Source: Burkholderiales bacterium (GTDB lineage: Bacteria; Pseudomonadota; Gammaproteobacteria; Burkholderiales; SG8-41). Taken from it: 64,000 bases of DNA. The stretch lies in assembly GCA_036262035.1 (NCBI GenBank), contig DATAJS010000005.1, positions 100,110-164,109 on the forward strand, given 5' to 3'. The notes below the pieces were generated by a model that did no database searches, was not told the DNA's origin, and saw only the letters and a list, made by a program, of their open reading frames with translations. The position numbers and the translations under genes are program-made. Each line of letters starts with the position of its first letter. The stretch's first letter is position 1. This document shows positions 50,184 through 59,906 of this stretch, piece after piece.

Positions 50184-52664
50184 CTAGTTCCTCAGCGGCT
50201 TGCCGTTCTTGAGCATGTGCTCGATACGGGCTTGGGTCTTTTCCGTAGCGAGGAGTTCCATGAAGTGCCGCCGCTCGAGCTCGAGGAACCAGTTCTCGTC
50301 GACGAGGCTGCCGCCTTCGACCTCGCCGCCGCACAGCACTTCGGCGACTTTGGAGCCGATCAGGTAGTCGTGCTCGGAGATCTGGCCGCCTTCGCGCATG
50401 TTCACCATGAACGCCTTGATCGTGCCGATCGCGTTGCGGCCGGCGACGGGGATCGCTTTCGGCCTGAGCGGCGGACGGTAGCCCGCTTCCGCGAGCGCGC
50501 GCACCTGCGCTTTCGCCACGTGCAGGAGCTCGTAGCGGTTCATCACGATCGTGTCGGTCGGGCGCAGGTAACCGAGCTCGCGCGCGTGCTCGGCGCTGCG
50601 CCCGACCTCGGCCATCGCCACCGCCTTGAAGTAACGCTGGATGGGCGCCCCGATGTCGCCGCCCTTCGCTTCCGCCGCGGCGCGCAGCGCGAACTCCTTG
50701 CAGCCGCCGCCGGCGGGCAGCAGCCCGACGCCGACCTCGACGAGGCCGATGTAGCTCTCGAGCGCCGCGACCGCGCGGTCGCAATGCATGATGAACTCGC
50801 AGCCCCCGCCGAACGCGAAGCCTTCGACCGCCGCGACCGTCGGGACCGCCGAATATTTCAGCGCCTGCGTCGTCTCCTGGAACTGCTCGACCAGCGTTTC
50901 GACTTCGGCAAGCCGCCCCGCCATGAGCTGGTCGGCGACGCCGAGCTGGCGCGCGGCCTTGAGCGCCAGCGACTCCGCTTCCTTCTTCACGTTGCGGATG
51001 AAGCGCGACAGACCCGAGGGCTTGCGCCGCTCTCCCCCGGTCTGGGTCTTCTTCAGGTTCGCGCCGACCGAGAACGGCGGCTCGGTCTGCCAGATGACGA
51101 GCCCGAGATAGTTGCGCTCGGCTTCATCGATCGCGCGCGTAACGCCTTCGAGCACGTCGCCGCCGATCGCGTGCATCTTCGACTTGAACGACACGATGGC
51201 GATGTCGTCGCCGGTGTGCCAGCAGCGCACCGCGTCGGTCTCGAAGATCGTCTCGCCGTAGCGCACCGGCTCGCCGAGCAGCGCGGCGGGGAACGGCTGG
51301 CGGCGATACACCGGCAGCGTCGAGCGCGGCTCGTAGGTGCCGCTCGCCGCCGACCACGAGCCCTGCGCGGTGTGCACGCCGGTGCGGCCGCCCATCGCCC
51401 ACTCGGGCAGCGGCAGCGCGGCCATCGCCTTGCCGGCTGCGATGTCCTCGGCGATCCATCCCGCGACGCGCTGCCAGCCCGCGGCCTGCCAGATCTCGAA
51501 AGGCCCGCGATCCCAGCCGAAACCCCAGCGGATGGCGAGGTCGAGGTCGCGCGCGTTGTGCGCGATCTCGGCCAGGAGCGCCGCGCAGTAATGGAAGACG
51601 TCGCGATACACCGACCACAGGAACTGCGCCTGCGGGTGATCGGACGCGTGCAGCGCTTCGAAGCGCTTCGCGACGTCCGTCTCCTTCAGGACGTCGACGA
51701 TCTTTTCATCCGCCGTGCCTTCGGACAAGCGGTACTGTCCGGTCGCCGCGTCGAGCACGTGGATGTCGCGCCCCACCTTCTGGTACACGCCTTTGCGCGT
51801 CTTCTGTCCCAGCGCGCCCTGCTCGATCAGCGTCTTGAGCCACGCCGGCACGTCGTAGTAGCGATGCCACGGATCGGACGGCAGCGTGTCCTTCATCGTG
51901 TCGACCACGTGCCTGAACGTGTCGAGCCCGACGACGTCGGCGGTGCGGAACGTCGCGCTCTTCGGTCGGCCGATCAGCGAGCCGGTGAGCGCGTCGACCG
52001 TATCGAACGGGATACCTAACGCTTGCGCGTGATGGATGGTCGCGAGCAGCGAGAACACCCCGACGCGGTTGGCGATGAAGTTCGGCGTGTCCTTCGCGCG
52101 CACCACGCCCTTGCCGAGCGTCGTGACGAGGAAAGTCTCGAGCTGATCCAGCAAGGCAGGATCGGTGCTCGCCGCGGGGATGAGCTCGACGAGCTGCATG
52201 TAGCGCGGCGGGTTGAAGAAGTGCACGCCGCAGAAGCGCCGCCGCACGTCCGCGGGCAGCGCGTCCGCGAGCGTGTTGATCGAAAGACCCGAGGTGTTCG
52301 TCACGAACACGGTGGCCGCCCCGAGGTGAGGCGCGACCTTGCCGTAGAGATCGGCCTTCCAGTCGATGCGCTCGGAGATCGCCTCGATGACGAGGTCGCA
52401 CTCGCCGAGCGCCGCGAGATGCTGGTCGTAATTGGCGGGCTCGATGTGCACCGCGCGCGACGGCACCGCGAGCGGGCTGGGCTCGAGGCGCTTCAGGTTG
52501 TCGATCGCGCGCCGCGAGTTGGCGCTGGGGTCGCCTTCCTTCGCCGCGAGCTCGAACAGCATCACCGGCACGTCGGCATTCGCGAGGTGCGCCGCGATCT
52601 GCGCGCCCATCACGCCGGCGCCGAGCACGGCGGCCTTGCGAACGATGAATCTCTGGCCCTGCAT
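50184..52664 (-). CDS. Bifunctional 3-hydroxyacyl-CoA dehydrogenase (N-terminal) / enoyl-CoA hydratase (C-terminal)
   Basis: 826 aa. The N-terminus AAVLGAGVMGAQIAAHLA is an NAD-binding motif, and the C-terminal crotonase fold reads AAVEGFAFGGGCEF. The domain order is reversed relative to E. coli FadB, as in Ralstonia FadB-prime type enzymes (from memory). Confidence 0.85.
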   Translation of the reverse strand: MQGQRFIVRKAAVLGAGVMGAQIAAHLANADVPVMLFELAAKEGDPSANSRRAIDNLKRLEPSPLAVPSRAVHIEPANYDQHLAALGECDLVIEAISERIDWKADLYGKVAPHLGAATVFVTNTSGLSINTLADALPADVRRRFCGVHFFNPPRYMQLVELIPAASTDPALLDQLETFLVTTLGKGVVRAKDTPNFIANRVGVFSLLATIHHAQALGIPFDTVDALTGSLIGRPKSATFRTADVVGLDTFRHVVDTMKDTLPSDPWHRYYDVPAWLKTLIEQGALGQKTRKGVYQKVGRDIHVLDAATGQYRLSEGTADEKIVDVLKETDVAKRFEALHASDHPQAQFLWSVYRDVFHYCAALLAEIAHNARDLDLAIRWGFGWDRGPFEIWQAAGWQRVAGWIAEDIAAGKAMAALPLPEWAMGGRTGVHTAQGSWSAASGTYEPRSTLPVYRRQPFPAALLGEPVRYGETIFETDAVRCWHTGDDIAIVSFKSKMHAIGGDVLEGVTRAIDEAERNYLGLVIWQTEPPFSVGANLKKTQTGGERRKPSGLSRFIRNVKKEAESLALKAARQLGVADQLMAGRLAEVETLVEQFQETTQALKYSAVPTVAAVEGFAFGGGCEFIMHCDRAVAALESYIGLVEVGVGLLPAGGGCKEFALRAAAEAKGGDIGAPIQRYFKAVAMAEVGRSAEHARELGYLRPTDTIVMNRYELLHVAKAQVRALAEAGYRPPLRPKAIPVAGRNAIGTIKAFMVNMREGGQISEHDYLIGSKVAEVLCGGEVEGGSLVDENWFLELERRHFMELLATEKTQARIEHMLKNGKPLRN

Positions 52665-52732
52665 GGTTCACCCGCTGAGACGAAGAAGACGGCCGGGCGC
52701 GGAGCGGCGCCCGCAGGCGCCGCCGTCGCGCG

Positions 52733-53998
52733 TCAGAAAGGATGAGAGTACTGCACCGAGAGGATGTCCGCCTTGTTTTCGAAGCGCCCGATGAGAGCGC
52801 CGGGCGCCGGCGGCACGCTCACGTTCACGCTGGCGTCCCTGATGAACTCGTGGGCGTACCCGATCTCGAACACGCCCTTCCACGGCGCACGATACTGGAC
52901 GCCGAACGCGACCCACTTGCGGTCCTGGTCGGGCAGCCGCGGCGTGCGCGTGGTGTCGTTGGTCGGCGTCTCGTCGAACGCGAAGCCGAACCGCAGCTTG
53001 AAGGCGTCGTTGACGCGGTAGCTCGCGCCGACGCTGTAGCGCCACGTGTCCTTCCAGTTGAACGGCAGCGTCGTGAACGTCGAGCCCGCCGCGCCGCCTG
53101 CCGAGGTGGTCGTGCGCGTGACGACCAGCTGCTGCAGGTGGTCCCAGCCCGTCCACGTGATGTCTCCCATCAGCTCCCACTTCGGATTGAGCGCGTACAG
53201 CACGCTGAACGACGCCGAATCGGGCACTTTCAGGTCCGCCCTCACGTTGCCGCCGAACGGTCCGCCCGCCACGCCGGTGAACCTGACGTCGCCGTCGAGG
53301 CTGTAGTCGATCGCCGAGCGGTAGGTCGCGCCGAAGCGCAGTTGCTGCAGCGGCTGGAAAGTGAGTCCGACGTTCCAGCCCCACGCGGTGTCGTCGGCCG
53401 CGAGGTTCGCGTTGCCGAGCGCGGCCACGCCCGAGAACGACGAGAGCTCCGCCTTGAGGCGCTGCACGCTCACGCCGGCGCCGACCGAGAACATGTCGTT
53501 GATCTTGAACGCGACTGCCGGGTTGATGTTGATCGTCTCGATCTTGGACTTGAGCGCGGTGAGCTGACCGCGCCATCCCTGGTCGTACGAGGTGACCAGG
53601 CCGAACGGCACGTTCAGCGCGAGGCCGACGCGCAGCCGCGGATTGATCTCGTAGGTGCCGAAAGCGTTCGGCACGTACGCCCAGTCGCCGCCGTCGCCGC
53701 CCTCGCCGGTGCCCGGCAGGGCAAAGAGGCCGGTCGAGCCGGTGTTCTCGAACTTGAACGACGGCTTGAACACGTTCAAGCCGACGGTGACCTGGCGCGG
53801 CGAGGCAAGGTGCATCATGCCGGCGGGATTCGACCAGACGACGCTCGCGTCCTCCGCGACCGCGGCGCCGCCCGCGACGGCGTTGCCCGTCGCGCTGCCG
53901 CTCTGGATGCCGATCGCGAAACCGCCGGCCATCGCGTTCGCAGCAAAACCCGCCGTCGCGGCCGCGACGGACAACGTGATCAGCTTGAGTGTTCTCAT
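52733..53998 (-). CDS. fadL: Outer-membrane long-chain fatty acid / hydrophobic compound transporter (FadL/TodX family)
   Basis: 421 aa with a signal peptide ending ANAMA, the NPAG motif (VWSNPAGMM), beta-barrel periodicity and a C-terminal aromatic residue (SVQYSHPF). Confidence 0.85.
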   Translation of the reverse strand: MRTLKLITLSVAAATAGFAANAMAGGFAIGIQSGSATGNAVAGGAAVAEDASVVWSNPAGMMHLASPRQVTVGLNVFKPSFKFENTGSTGLFALPGTGEGGDGGDWAYVPNAFGTYEINPRLRVGLALNVPFGLVTSYDQGWRGQLTALKSKIETININPAVAFKINDMFSVGAGVSVQRLKAELSSFSGVAALGNANLAADDTAWGWNVGLTFQPLQQLRFGATYRSAIDYSLDGDVRFTGVAGGPFGGNVRADLKVPDSASFSVLYALNPKWELMGDITWTGWDHLQQLVVTRTTTSAGGAAGSTFTTLPFNWKDTWRYSVGASYRVNDAFKLRFGFAFDETPTNDTTRTPRLPDQDRKWVAFGVQYRAPWKGVFEIGYAHEFIRDASVNVSVPPAPGALIGRFENKADILSVQYSHPF

Positions 53999-54037
53999 CT
54001 CTCCCCTCTTGTTTTCGAGTGCATAACGCGTCGCATC

Positions 54038-54466
54038 TTACGCTGTGTCCGCCGGTCGGTCCCCGGACTGTTGCGCGGATACAACACGCGGCCGGCGATT
54101 CGCGTCGACCGCGACGTACGTGAGCACCGCCTCGGTGACCTTGACCGCGTCCGGCGAGCCGCGGTGCTGCGCGTAGACTTCGACGCTCACGGTGATCGAA
54201 GTGCGCCCGATGCGCACGACGTCGGCGTACAGGCTCACGAGGTCGCCGACGAACACCGGCTGCCTGAACACGAACGAGTTCACTGCGACCGTCGCGACGC
54301 GGCCTTGCGCGACGCGCATCGCGGGTACCGCGCCGGCCAAGTCGACCTGCGCCATGATCCAGCCGCCGAAGATGTCCCCGGTATGGTTGGCGTCGGCCGG
54401 CATCGGAATGACGCGCAGCGTCGCCTCGCGATTCGGCAGGGTCGTGACGGGACGAGGATCGGGCAT
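54038..54466 (-). CDS. Acyl-CoA thioesterase (YciA-like hotdog fold)
   Basis: ATG 54466 gives MPDPRPVTTLPNREATLRVIPMPADANHTGDIFGGWIMAQVD, colinear with E. coli YciA. The longer track ORF (to 54538) reads through the repeat element and is rejected. Confidence 0.85.
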   Translation of the reverse strand: MPDPRPVTTLPNREATLRVIPMPADANHTGDIFGGWIMAQVDLAGAVPAMRVAQGRVATVAVNSFVFRQPVFVGDLVSLYADVVRIGRTSITVSVEVYAQHRGSPDAVKVTEAVLTYVAVDANRRPRVVSAQQSGDRPADTA

Positions 54467-54472
54467 GAAAAC

Positions 54473-54553
54473 AGTGTTGAGTGTTGAGTGTTGAGTTGAG
54501 CGTCGCGATGCCTGGGGTTTCGCTTTGTAACTAAACACTTAACACTAAACACT
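54473..54553. repeat. Heptad-built inverted-repeat element, copy 2
   Basis: The left arm 54473-54497 is (AGTGTTG)x3 plus AGTT. The right arm 54529-54553 is AACTAAACACTTAACACTAAACACT. 22 of 25 positions pair, and the three mismatches recur at the same position of each heptad. The loop is 31 nt. Confidence 0.85.
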
Positions 54554-54560
54554 GGGCACG

Positions 54561-56378
54561 TCAGTGCCCCGCGTACATCGAGTCGATCTCCGCGTTGAAG
54601 CGCTCCATCACCCGCGCGCGCTTCAGCTTCAGCGTCGGCGTCATCAGACCATTGTCCACGGTCCACGGGTCGAGCGTGGCGCACACCCGCCGGACCTGCG
54701 CGTACCCGGGAAAGGATTTGAGCTGCTCGGCGATGCGCGCGAGGATCAGCGTCTGGCCCTCCTCGCTCGCCGCGCCGGTCGTGTCGGGCGATAGCCCGGC
54801 GGTTTCCGCAGCCTTCTTCCACTGCTCGGCGCTGAGCACCGCGATGACCGAGAGATAGGGCTTGCCTTCACCGAGCAGCATCACCTGCTCGAACAGCGGG
54901 TCCTGGCAGATCGCGGCTTCGACGTCCACCGGCGAGATCTTCTCGCCGTTCGACATGACGATGATCTCCTTCAGTCGACCGGTGATGTAGACGTGCCCGC
55001 TCGGGTCGATGCGTGCGCGATCGCCGGAGTTGAGCCAGCCGTCGTCCGAGATCACCTGGCGGGTCGCCTCGGGATTGTTCCAGTAGCCCAGCATCACGTT
55101 CGGGCCCTTGATGAGCAGCGCGTCGTTCGCCCCGAGCTTCACCTCGACCCCCGGAATCGGCTTGCCGACGCTCGCGGGAATGTTGTCGTACGGCGGATTG
55201 GCGCAGACGACCGGGGACGATTCGGTCATGCCGTAGCCCTGGATGATGGGCAGCCCCAGGCCGATGAAGACACGCGAGACGTCCGGCGGCAGCGCGGCGC
55301 CGCCGGAGAGTGCGGCCCGCAGCCGCCCGCCGAGGCGGTCGAGCACTTTCTTCGCGACGAGCGCGTTCAGCACCGGCCACAGCAGGAACGACGCCTTCCA
55401 CGGCCCGCGGCCCTGTTTGTGCTCGAATCGCGCGTACCCGACGTCGACGGCGCGCTCGAAGAGGCGCTTGCGCGCCGGCGGCGCCTCGTCGAGCTTGGCG
55501 CGGATCGCGCTCCAGACGCGCTCGTAGATGCGCGGCACCGAAACCAGCACCGTCGGCCTGATCGCCTGCAGGTCCTCGGAGAGCTGCGGTATCGATCGCG
55601 CGTAGGCGACCGTCGAGCCCGACATCATCGTCAGGTAATAGCCGGCAGTGCGCTCGAACGTGTGCGACAGCGGCAGGAACGACAGGAACACGTCGTCGTG
55701 CCGAGTCGCCATCACGCCGATCAGCGACGCGTGCGCGTTCGACAGGATGTTGTGGTGCGAGAGCATCACGCCCTTGGGCCGGCCCGTCGTTCCCGACGTG
55801 TACACGATCGTCGCCAGCGCGTGAGGATCGCGCGCTTCGCGACGCGTCTCGCCTGCACTTTGCGGCAGCCACTCCGCGATCGACTGCACGCGCGCGTCGC
55901 CCGCGTCGGGCACCGGTTTGACCGAGATCACCCTCACGAGCGACGCGAGCTGCCCGTCGCCCTCGCGCAGCGCGCTCCACTGCGGCGCGCCTTCGAGCAA
56001 CAGCGCCTTGCAGCCCGCGTCGCCGATGATGTAGGCGACGTTGTCGGCGCGGTCCTGGGTATACAGCGGCACGACGACCAGGCCGAGCCCGAAGGCCGCG
56101 ATGTCGCACATCACCCACTCGGGCGAGTTGCGCAGCATGATCGCGACGCGGTCGCCGGCCTGCAGGCCGTCGCGCTCCAAAGCGGCCTGCCAGCGCGCGA
56201 CGTGAGCGTCCATCTCGCGCCAGGTATAGCCGCGCCACTCGTTCGAGCCTTCGTCGAAGTATCTGTAGGCGACGAGATCGGGCGTGCGCCTGACGCGCTC
56301 GCGAAACAGCCCGTCGAGCGTAACCGCGGCCTCGACCGGTATGACGTCTCCAGCACCCTCCCCTGCGGCGGCGTTCAA
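54561..56378 (-). CDS. Long-chain acyl-CoA synthetase (AMP-forming)
   Basis: 605 aa with the AMP-binding motifs YTSGTTGRPKGVMLSHHN and GYGMTESS. The TTG start at 56378 has a perfect AGGAGG 6 nt upstream and forms a TTGA overlap with the fadE stop. Confidence 0.85.
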   Translation of the reverse strand: MNAAAGEGAGDVIPVEAAVTLDGLFRERVRRTPDLVAYRYFDEGSNEWRGYTWREMDAHVARWQAALERDGLQAGDRVAIMLRNSPEWVMCDIAAFGLGLVVVPLYTQDRADNVAYIIGDAGCKALLLEGAPQWSALREGDGQLASLVRVISVKPVPDAGDARVQSIAEWLPQSAGETRREARDPHALATIVYTSGTTGRPKGVMLSHHNILSNAHASLIGVMATRHDDVFLSFLPLSHTFERTAGYYLTMMSGSTVAYARSIPQLSEDLQAIRPTVLVSVPRIYERVWSAIRAKLDEAPPARKRLFERAVDVGYARFEHKQGRGPWKASFLLWPVLNALVAKKVLDRLGGRLRAALSGGAALPPDVSRVFIGLGLPIIQGYGMTESSPVVCANPPYDNIPASVGKPIPGVEVKLGANDALLIKGPNVMLGYWNNPEATRQVISDDGWLNSGDRARIDPSGHVYITGRLKEIIVMSNGEKISPVDVEAAICQDPLFEQVMLLGEGKPYLSVIAVLSAEQWKKAAETAGLSPDTTGAASEEGQTLILARIAEQLKSFPGYAQVRRVCATLDPWTVDNGLMTPTLKLKRARVMERFNAEIDSMYAGH

Positions 56379-58864
56379 GGCGCTCCTCCTTTTTGTAGTT
56401 CGCTCGCGAAGACCGGCTCGGTGGTCTGATAGATCTCGGTCTTGCCGAGGTCCTTCGGAAAATCGTCGACCATGATCGCCCTGCGGCGCAGCGCACGCGC
56501 ACGCTCGATGACGGCGGCTTCGCCCTTGGTGATGGCGCCGCGCGTGACCGCGAGCTGCACTTCGTGGCCGAGGGCGGCAGCGTCGACAGCGCCGTCCTGG
56601 TTCACGCCGCGCAATTTCTGCTCGAGCGGCTCGGCTGCGATCGTCGCCGCGAACGCGGCTTCGAGGCCCGCCACCGGGTTGCGGCCGTCATCCTCGCCGA
56701 TGAACATGCCGGTCGTCAGCCGATCGCGCACGCCCCCCGGCACCTGCACCGACGCGCTCACGCGGTGGCCGAGGTCGTCCGCGGGCGGCTCGAACTCGCG
56801 GCCGAACGGGAACACGAGAAAGCGCAGCATGCCGCCCACGAATCCCGGCATGTTCGCGAACAGGCCGTAGAACGCTTCCTGCGCGCGATGCAGGGCGTCC
56901 TGCACCGACCACGCGAGCAGCGGCGCGTCGTCGGCGGGTCTGCCGTCGTCCTCATAACGCTTGAGCGCGCACGAGGCGAGATAGAGCTGCGACAGGATGT
57001 CGCCGAGCCGCGCCGACAGGCGCTCGCGGCGCTTCAGCGATCCGCCGAGCACGAACATCGCCGCGTCCGATGCGAGCGCGAACGCGCTCGACAGCCGCGT
57101 GAGCCGGCGATAGTACCGGCGAGTCGCGGCATCGCCCGGCGCGCCGACGAACACGGCGCGCGTCAGGCCCATCCAGAACGCGCGCGCCTTGTTCGAGACG
57201 ACGAATCCGGCGTGCCCGAAGAACGCGGCGTCGAACGCTTTCAACGCGACGGCGTCGTCTTTCTCCCCCACGGCTTCGATCTCGCGCAGCAGATACGGAT
57301 GGCCGCGGATCGCCCCCTGGCCGTAGATGATCATCGAGCGCGTGAGGATGTTCGCGCCTTCGACCGTGATCGCGATCGGGATGTTCTGATACGCGAAGGC
57401 GAGATAGTTCGACGGCCCCATGCACACGGCCTTGCCGCCGTGCACGTCCATCGCGTCGTTCACCACCTGCCGGCCGCGCTCGGTCAGGTGATACTTCACG
57501 ATCGCCGAGATCACCGAAGGCTTCTCGCCGAGGTCGATCGCGCCGGCGGTCATGGTGCGCGCAGCGTCCATGATGTAGAGATTGCCGGCGATGCGGGCGA
57601 CCGCCTCCTCGACGCCTTCGAAACGCCCGATGGAGAGTCCGAACTGCCGGCGCACGCGCCCGTACGCGCCGGTGACGCGCGTCGCGAGCTTCGCCGAGCC
57701 CACCGAGTTCGCCGGCAGCGAGATCGAGCGGCCCGCCGCAAGGCAGTTCATCAGCATCTTCCAGCCCTGACCGACGTAATCGACGCCGCCGATCACCGCG
57801 TCCATGGGCACGAAGACGTCGCGGCCCCAGTTCGGCCCGTTCATGAAGACCGCGGCGAGCGGCACGTGGCGCCGCCCGATGTGCACGCCGGGCGTGCTGG
57901 TGGGGATCAGCGCGAGCGTAATGCCGAGGTCTTCGCGCTCGCCGAGCAGGTGGTCGGGATCGTAGAGCCTGAACGCCAGGCCGAGGAGCGTCGCGATCGG
58001 GCCGAGCGTGATGTAGCGCTTTTCCCACGTGAGCCGGATGCCGAGCACTTCCTTGCCGTGCCATTCGCCGCGGCAGACCACGCCGAAATCGGGGATGTTG
58101 CCCGCGTCCGAGCCGGCTTCGGGACTCGTCAGCGCGAAGCACGGCATCTCCAGGCCCTTGGCGAGGCGCGGCAGGTAATACTCTTTCTGCTCGGGCGTGC
58201 CGTAGTGCAGCAGCAGTTCGGCGGGGCCGAGCGAGTTGGGCACCATCACCGACACCGCGCCGGTGCCGCTGCGCGTGGTGAGCTTCACGATGACGGCGGA
58301 ATGCGCGAGCGCCGAGAATCCCAGGCCGCCGTATTGCTTGGGGATGATCATCCCCAGGAAACCGTTGTCCTTGATGAACTGCCAGGCTTCAGGCGTAAGG
58401 TCGTACCGCTCGCGGGTGATCTCCCACTCGTCGAGCATCCCGCACAGGGTCTCGACGGGGCCGTCGAGGAAGGCCTGCTCCTCTTTGGACAGGGTCGGTT
58501 TCGGATACGAATGGAGTTTTTTCCAGTCGGGCGCGCCGCTGAAGAGCTCCGCGTCCCACCACACCGTTCCCGCTTCGATCGCTTCGCGCTCGGTGCGCGA
58601 GAGCGCGGGCAGCACCCGGCGGAACACCCCGAGCAGGGGACGCGAGACGAGACCGCGGCGGATGGGGCTGCGGTTGAGCAGGAGCGCCGCGACCGCGAAC
58701 GCGCACCACAGCGCGATCAGCGCGGGCTGCGGCCATCGCGCGAGCAGCGTCGCGCCGCCGAGGATCGCGGCAAGCACGAGCGTCGAGACGAGCGCCGGCG
58801 CGCGCAGATACGCGAGGGCCCAGACCGCGACGAAGATGCCGGCAACGAACAAAGCGACGCTCAA
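56375..58864 (-). CDS. fadE: Acyl-CoA dehydrogenase FadE (large membrane-anchored type)
   Basis: The TTG start at 58864 is preceded by AAGGAGG at a 6-nt spacing. N-terminal TM helices (LSVALFVAGIFVAVWALAYL) are followed by an ACAD core colinear with E. coli FadE (GFLGMIIPKQYGGLGFS, CFALTSPEAGSDAG, ITVEGANILTRS). The 991-aa track start is rejected. Confidence 0.85.
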   Translation of the reverse strand: MSVALFVAGIFVAVWALAYLRAPALVSTLVLAAILGGATLLARWPQPALIALWCAFAVAALLLNRSPIRRGLVSRPLLGVFRRVLPALSRTEREAIEAGTVWWDAELFSGAPDWKKLHSYPKPTLSKEEQAFLDGPVETLCGMLDEWEITRERYDLTPEAWQFIKDNGFLGMIIPKQYGGLGFSALAHSAVIVKLTTRSGTGAVSVMVPNSLGPAELLLHYGTPEQKEYYLPRLAKGLEMPCFALTSPEAGSDAGNIPDFGVVCRGEWHGKEVLGIRLTWEKRYITLGPIATLLGLAFRLYDPDHLLGEREDLGITLALIPTSTPGVHIGRRHVPLAAVFMNGPNWGRDVFVPMDAVIGGVDYVGQGWKMLMNCLAAGRSISLPANSVGSAKLATRVTGAYGRVRRQFGLSIGRFEGVEEAVARIAGNLYIMDAARTMTAGAIDLGEKPSVISAIVKYHLTERGRQVVNDAMDVHGGKAVCMGPSNYLAFAYQNIPIAITVEGANILTRSMIIYGQGAIRGHPYLLREIEAVGEKDDAVALKAFDAAFFGHAGFVVSNKARAFWMGLTRAVFVGAPGDAATRRYYRRLTRLSSAFALASDAAMFVLGGSLKRRERLSARLGDILSQLYLASCALKRYEDDGRPADDAPLLAWSVQDALHRAQEAFYGLFANMPGFVGGMLRFLVFPFGREFEPPADDLGHRVSASVQVPGGVRDRLTTGMFIGEDDGRNPVAGLEAAFAATIAAEPLEQKLRGVNQDGAVDAAALGHEVQLAVTRGAITKGEAAVIERARALRRRAIMVDDFPKDLGKTEIYQTTEPVFASELQKGGAP

Positions 58865-59033
58865 ACCTACCCTCCTTAGCCGTGAAGCGCGGTCTGCGCT
58901 ACGCTCGCTGCGAATTGTACGCGCTTTGCGCGTGGCGCCCCATCGTGACGACAGGACGCTGCTGCGCGCAGCGCCCTGGTGCGACGAGCGCCGCGCGGCT
59001 AGCGCGCGGCGCTGTGGCGAAGGATAGTCGAGC

Positions 59034-59906
59034 ATGACGCAGCCATGGCTGGGACTCACGCTGGTGTTCGCGACGTTCGGCGTGCTGCTCGCGATCTTCA
59101 CCGTGATCGGCCACCTGCTGCACCCGGAGGTGCTGCGCAAGGGACTGCACGTCAGTCTCGGCCTGACCGCGCTGTCCTTTCCGTGGCTGTTCGACGATGT
59201 GTGGCCGGTGATGCTGCTCGGCGCCGGGAGCATCGGCGGCTTCGTGGGCGTGCGCGTGGGACTGCCGGTGCTGCGGCGGCTCGCGCACTCGCTGGCGGGT
59301 ATCACGCGGGTGTCGCTGGGAGAGTTCTGCTTCATCACCGCGACCTGCATCGTATTCCTGATCGCGAAGAATGACCCGGTGCTCTATTCGATACCGATGC
59401 TCGTGCTCGCGCTCGCCGATGCGGCGGCGGCGCTCGTCGGGACCGCATACGGACGCCACCGCTACCAGACGTGGGACGATTACAAGACGCTGGAAGGCAG
59501 CGCCGCGTTCTTCGTCGTCGCGACCGCCTGCATCTACTTCCCGCTCGCGTTCTTCACCGAGGCGTCGCCCGCCCAGAGCGCCGCCGTCGCGGTGCTCGTC
59601 GCGCTGGCGACCACCGTGCTGGAAGCGTCGATGGGACGCGGCTTCGACAACCTGCTGGTGCCGCTCGGTGCGCTCGCCGCCATCAAGGCGACCGGGCTCA
59701 CCGAGAACCGGCCGGGCGCGCTGGAGACCGGATCGCCGGTCGTGGCCGCGGCGCTTTCGCTGCTGATCGCGCTGCTCGTGCTGCTGCTCGCGGGCCTCGC
59801 GTCGTGGACGCGCGCCAATCCGAGCCGGCAGGGGCCGCCGATCCCGGACGAGGTGACTAGAGCTGCTCTTCGCTCAGCGCAAGCACGCTCGCGGAGCCGT
59901 TCATGA
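59034..59906 (+). CDS. Polytopic membrane protein of the CTP-dependent polyprenol/diacylglycerol kinase - cytidylyltransferase (CTP_transf_1-like) family
   Basis: 290 aa with more than 6 TM helices and the motif DYKTLEGSAAFFVVA, typical of dolichol/phytol-kinase-like proteins (from memory). Its 3' end overlaps the convergent ACAD gene by 50 nt. Confidence 0.55.
   Translation: MTQPWLGLTLVFATFGVLLAIFTVIGHLLHPEVLRKGLHVSLGLTALSFPWLFDDVWPVMLLGAGSIGGFVGVRVGLPVLRRLAHSLAGITRVSLGEFCFITATCIVFLIAKNDPVLYSIPMLVLALADAAAALVGTAYGRHRYQTWDDYKTLEGSAAFFVVATACIYFPLAFFTEASPAQSAAVAVLVALATTVLEASMGRGFDNLLVPLGALAAIKATGLTENRPGALETGSPVVAAALSLLIALLVLLLAGLASWTRANPSRQGPPIPDEVTRAALRSAQARSRSRS

Noticed and set aside
58865-59350. 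162-codon N-terminal extension of fadE (991-aa track ORF)
   Set aside because: The extension has a Ser/Pro/Arg-rich non-protein-like composition and overlaps the divergent gene start. TTG 58864 has an AAGGAGG ribosome-binding site and gives a FadE-length product.
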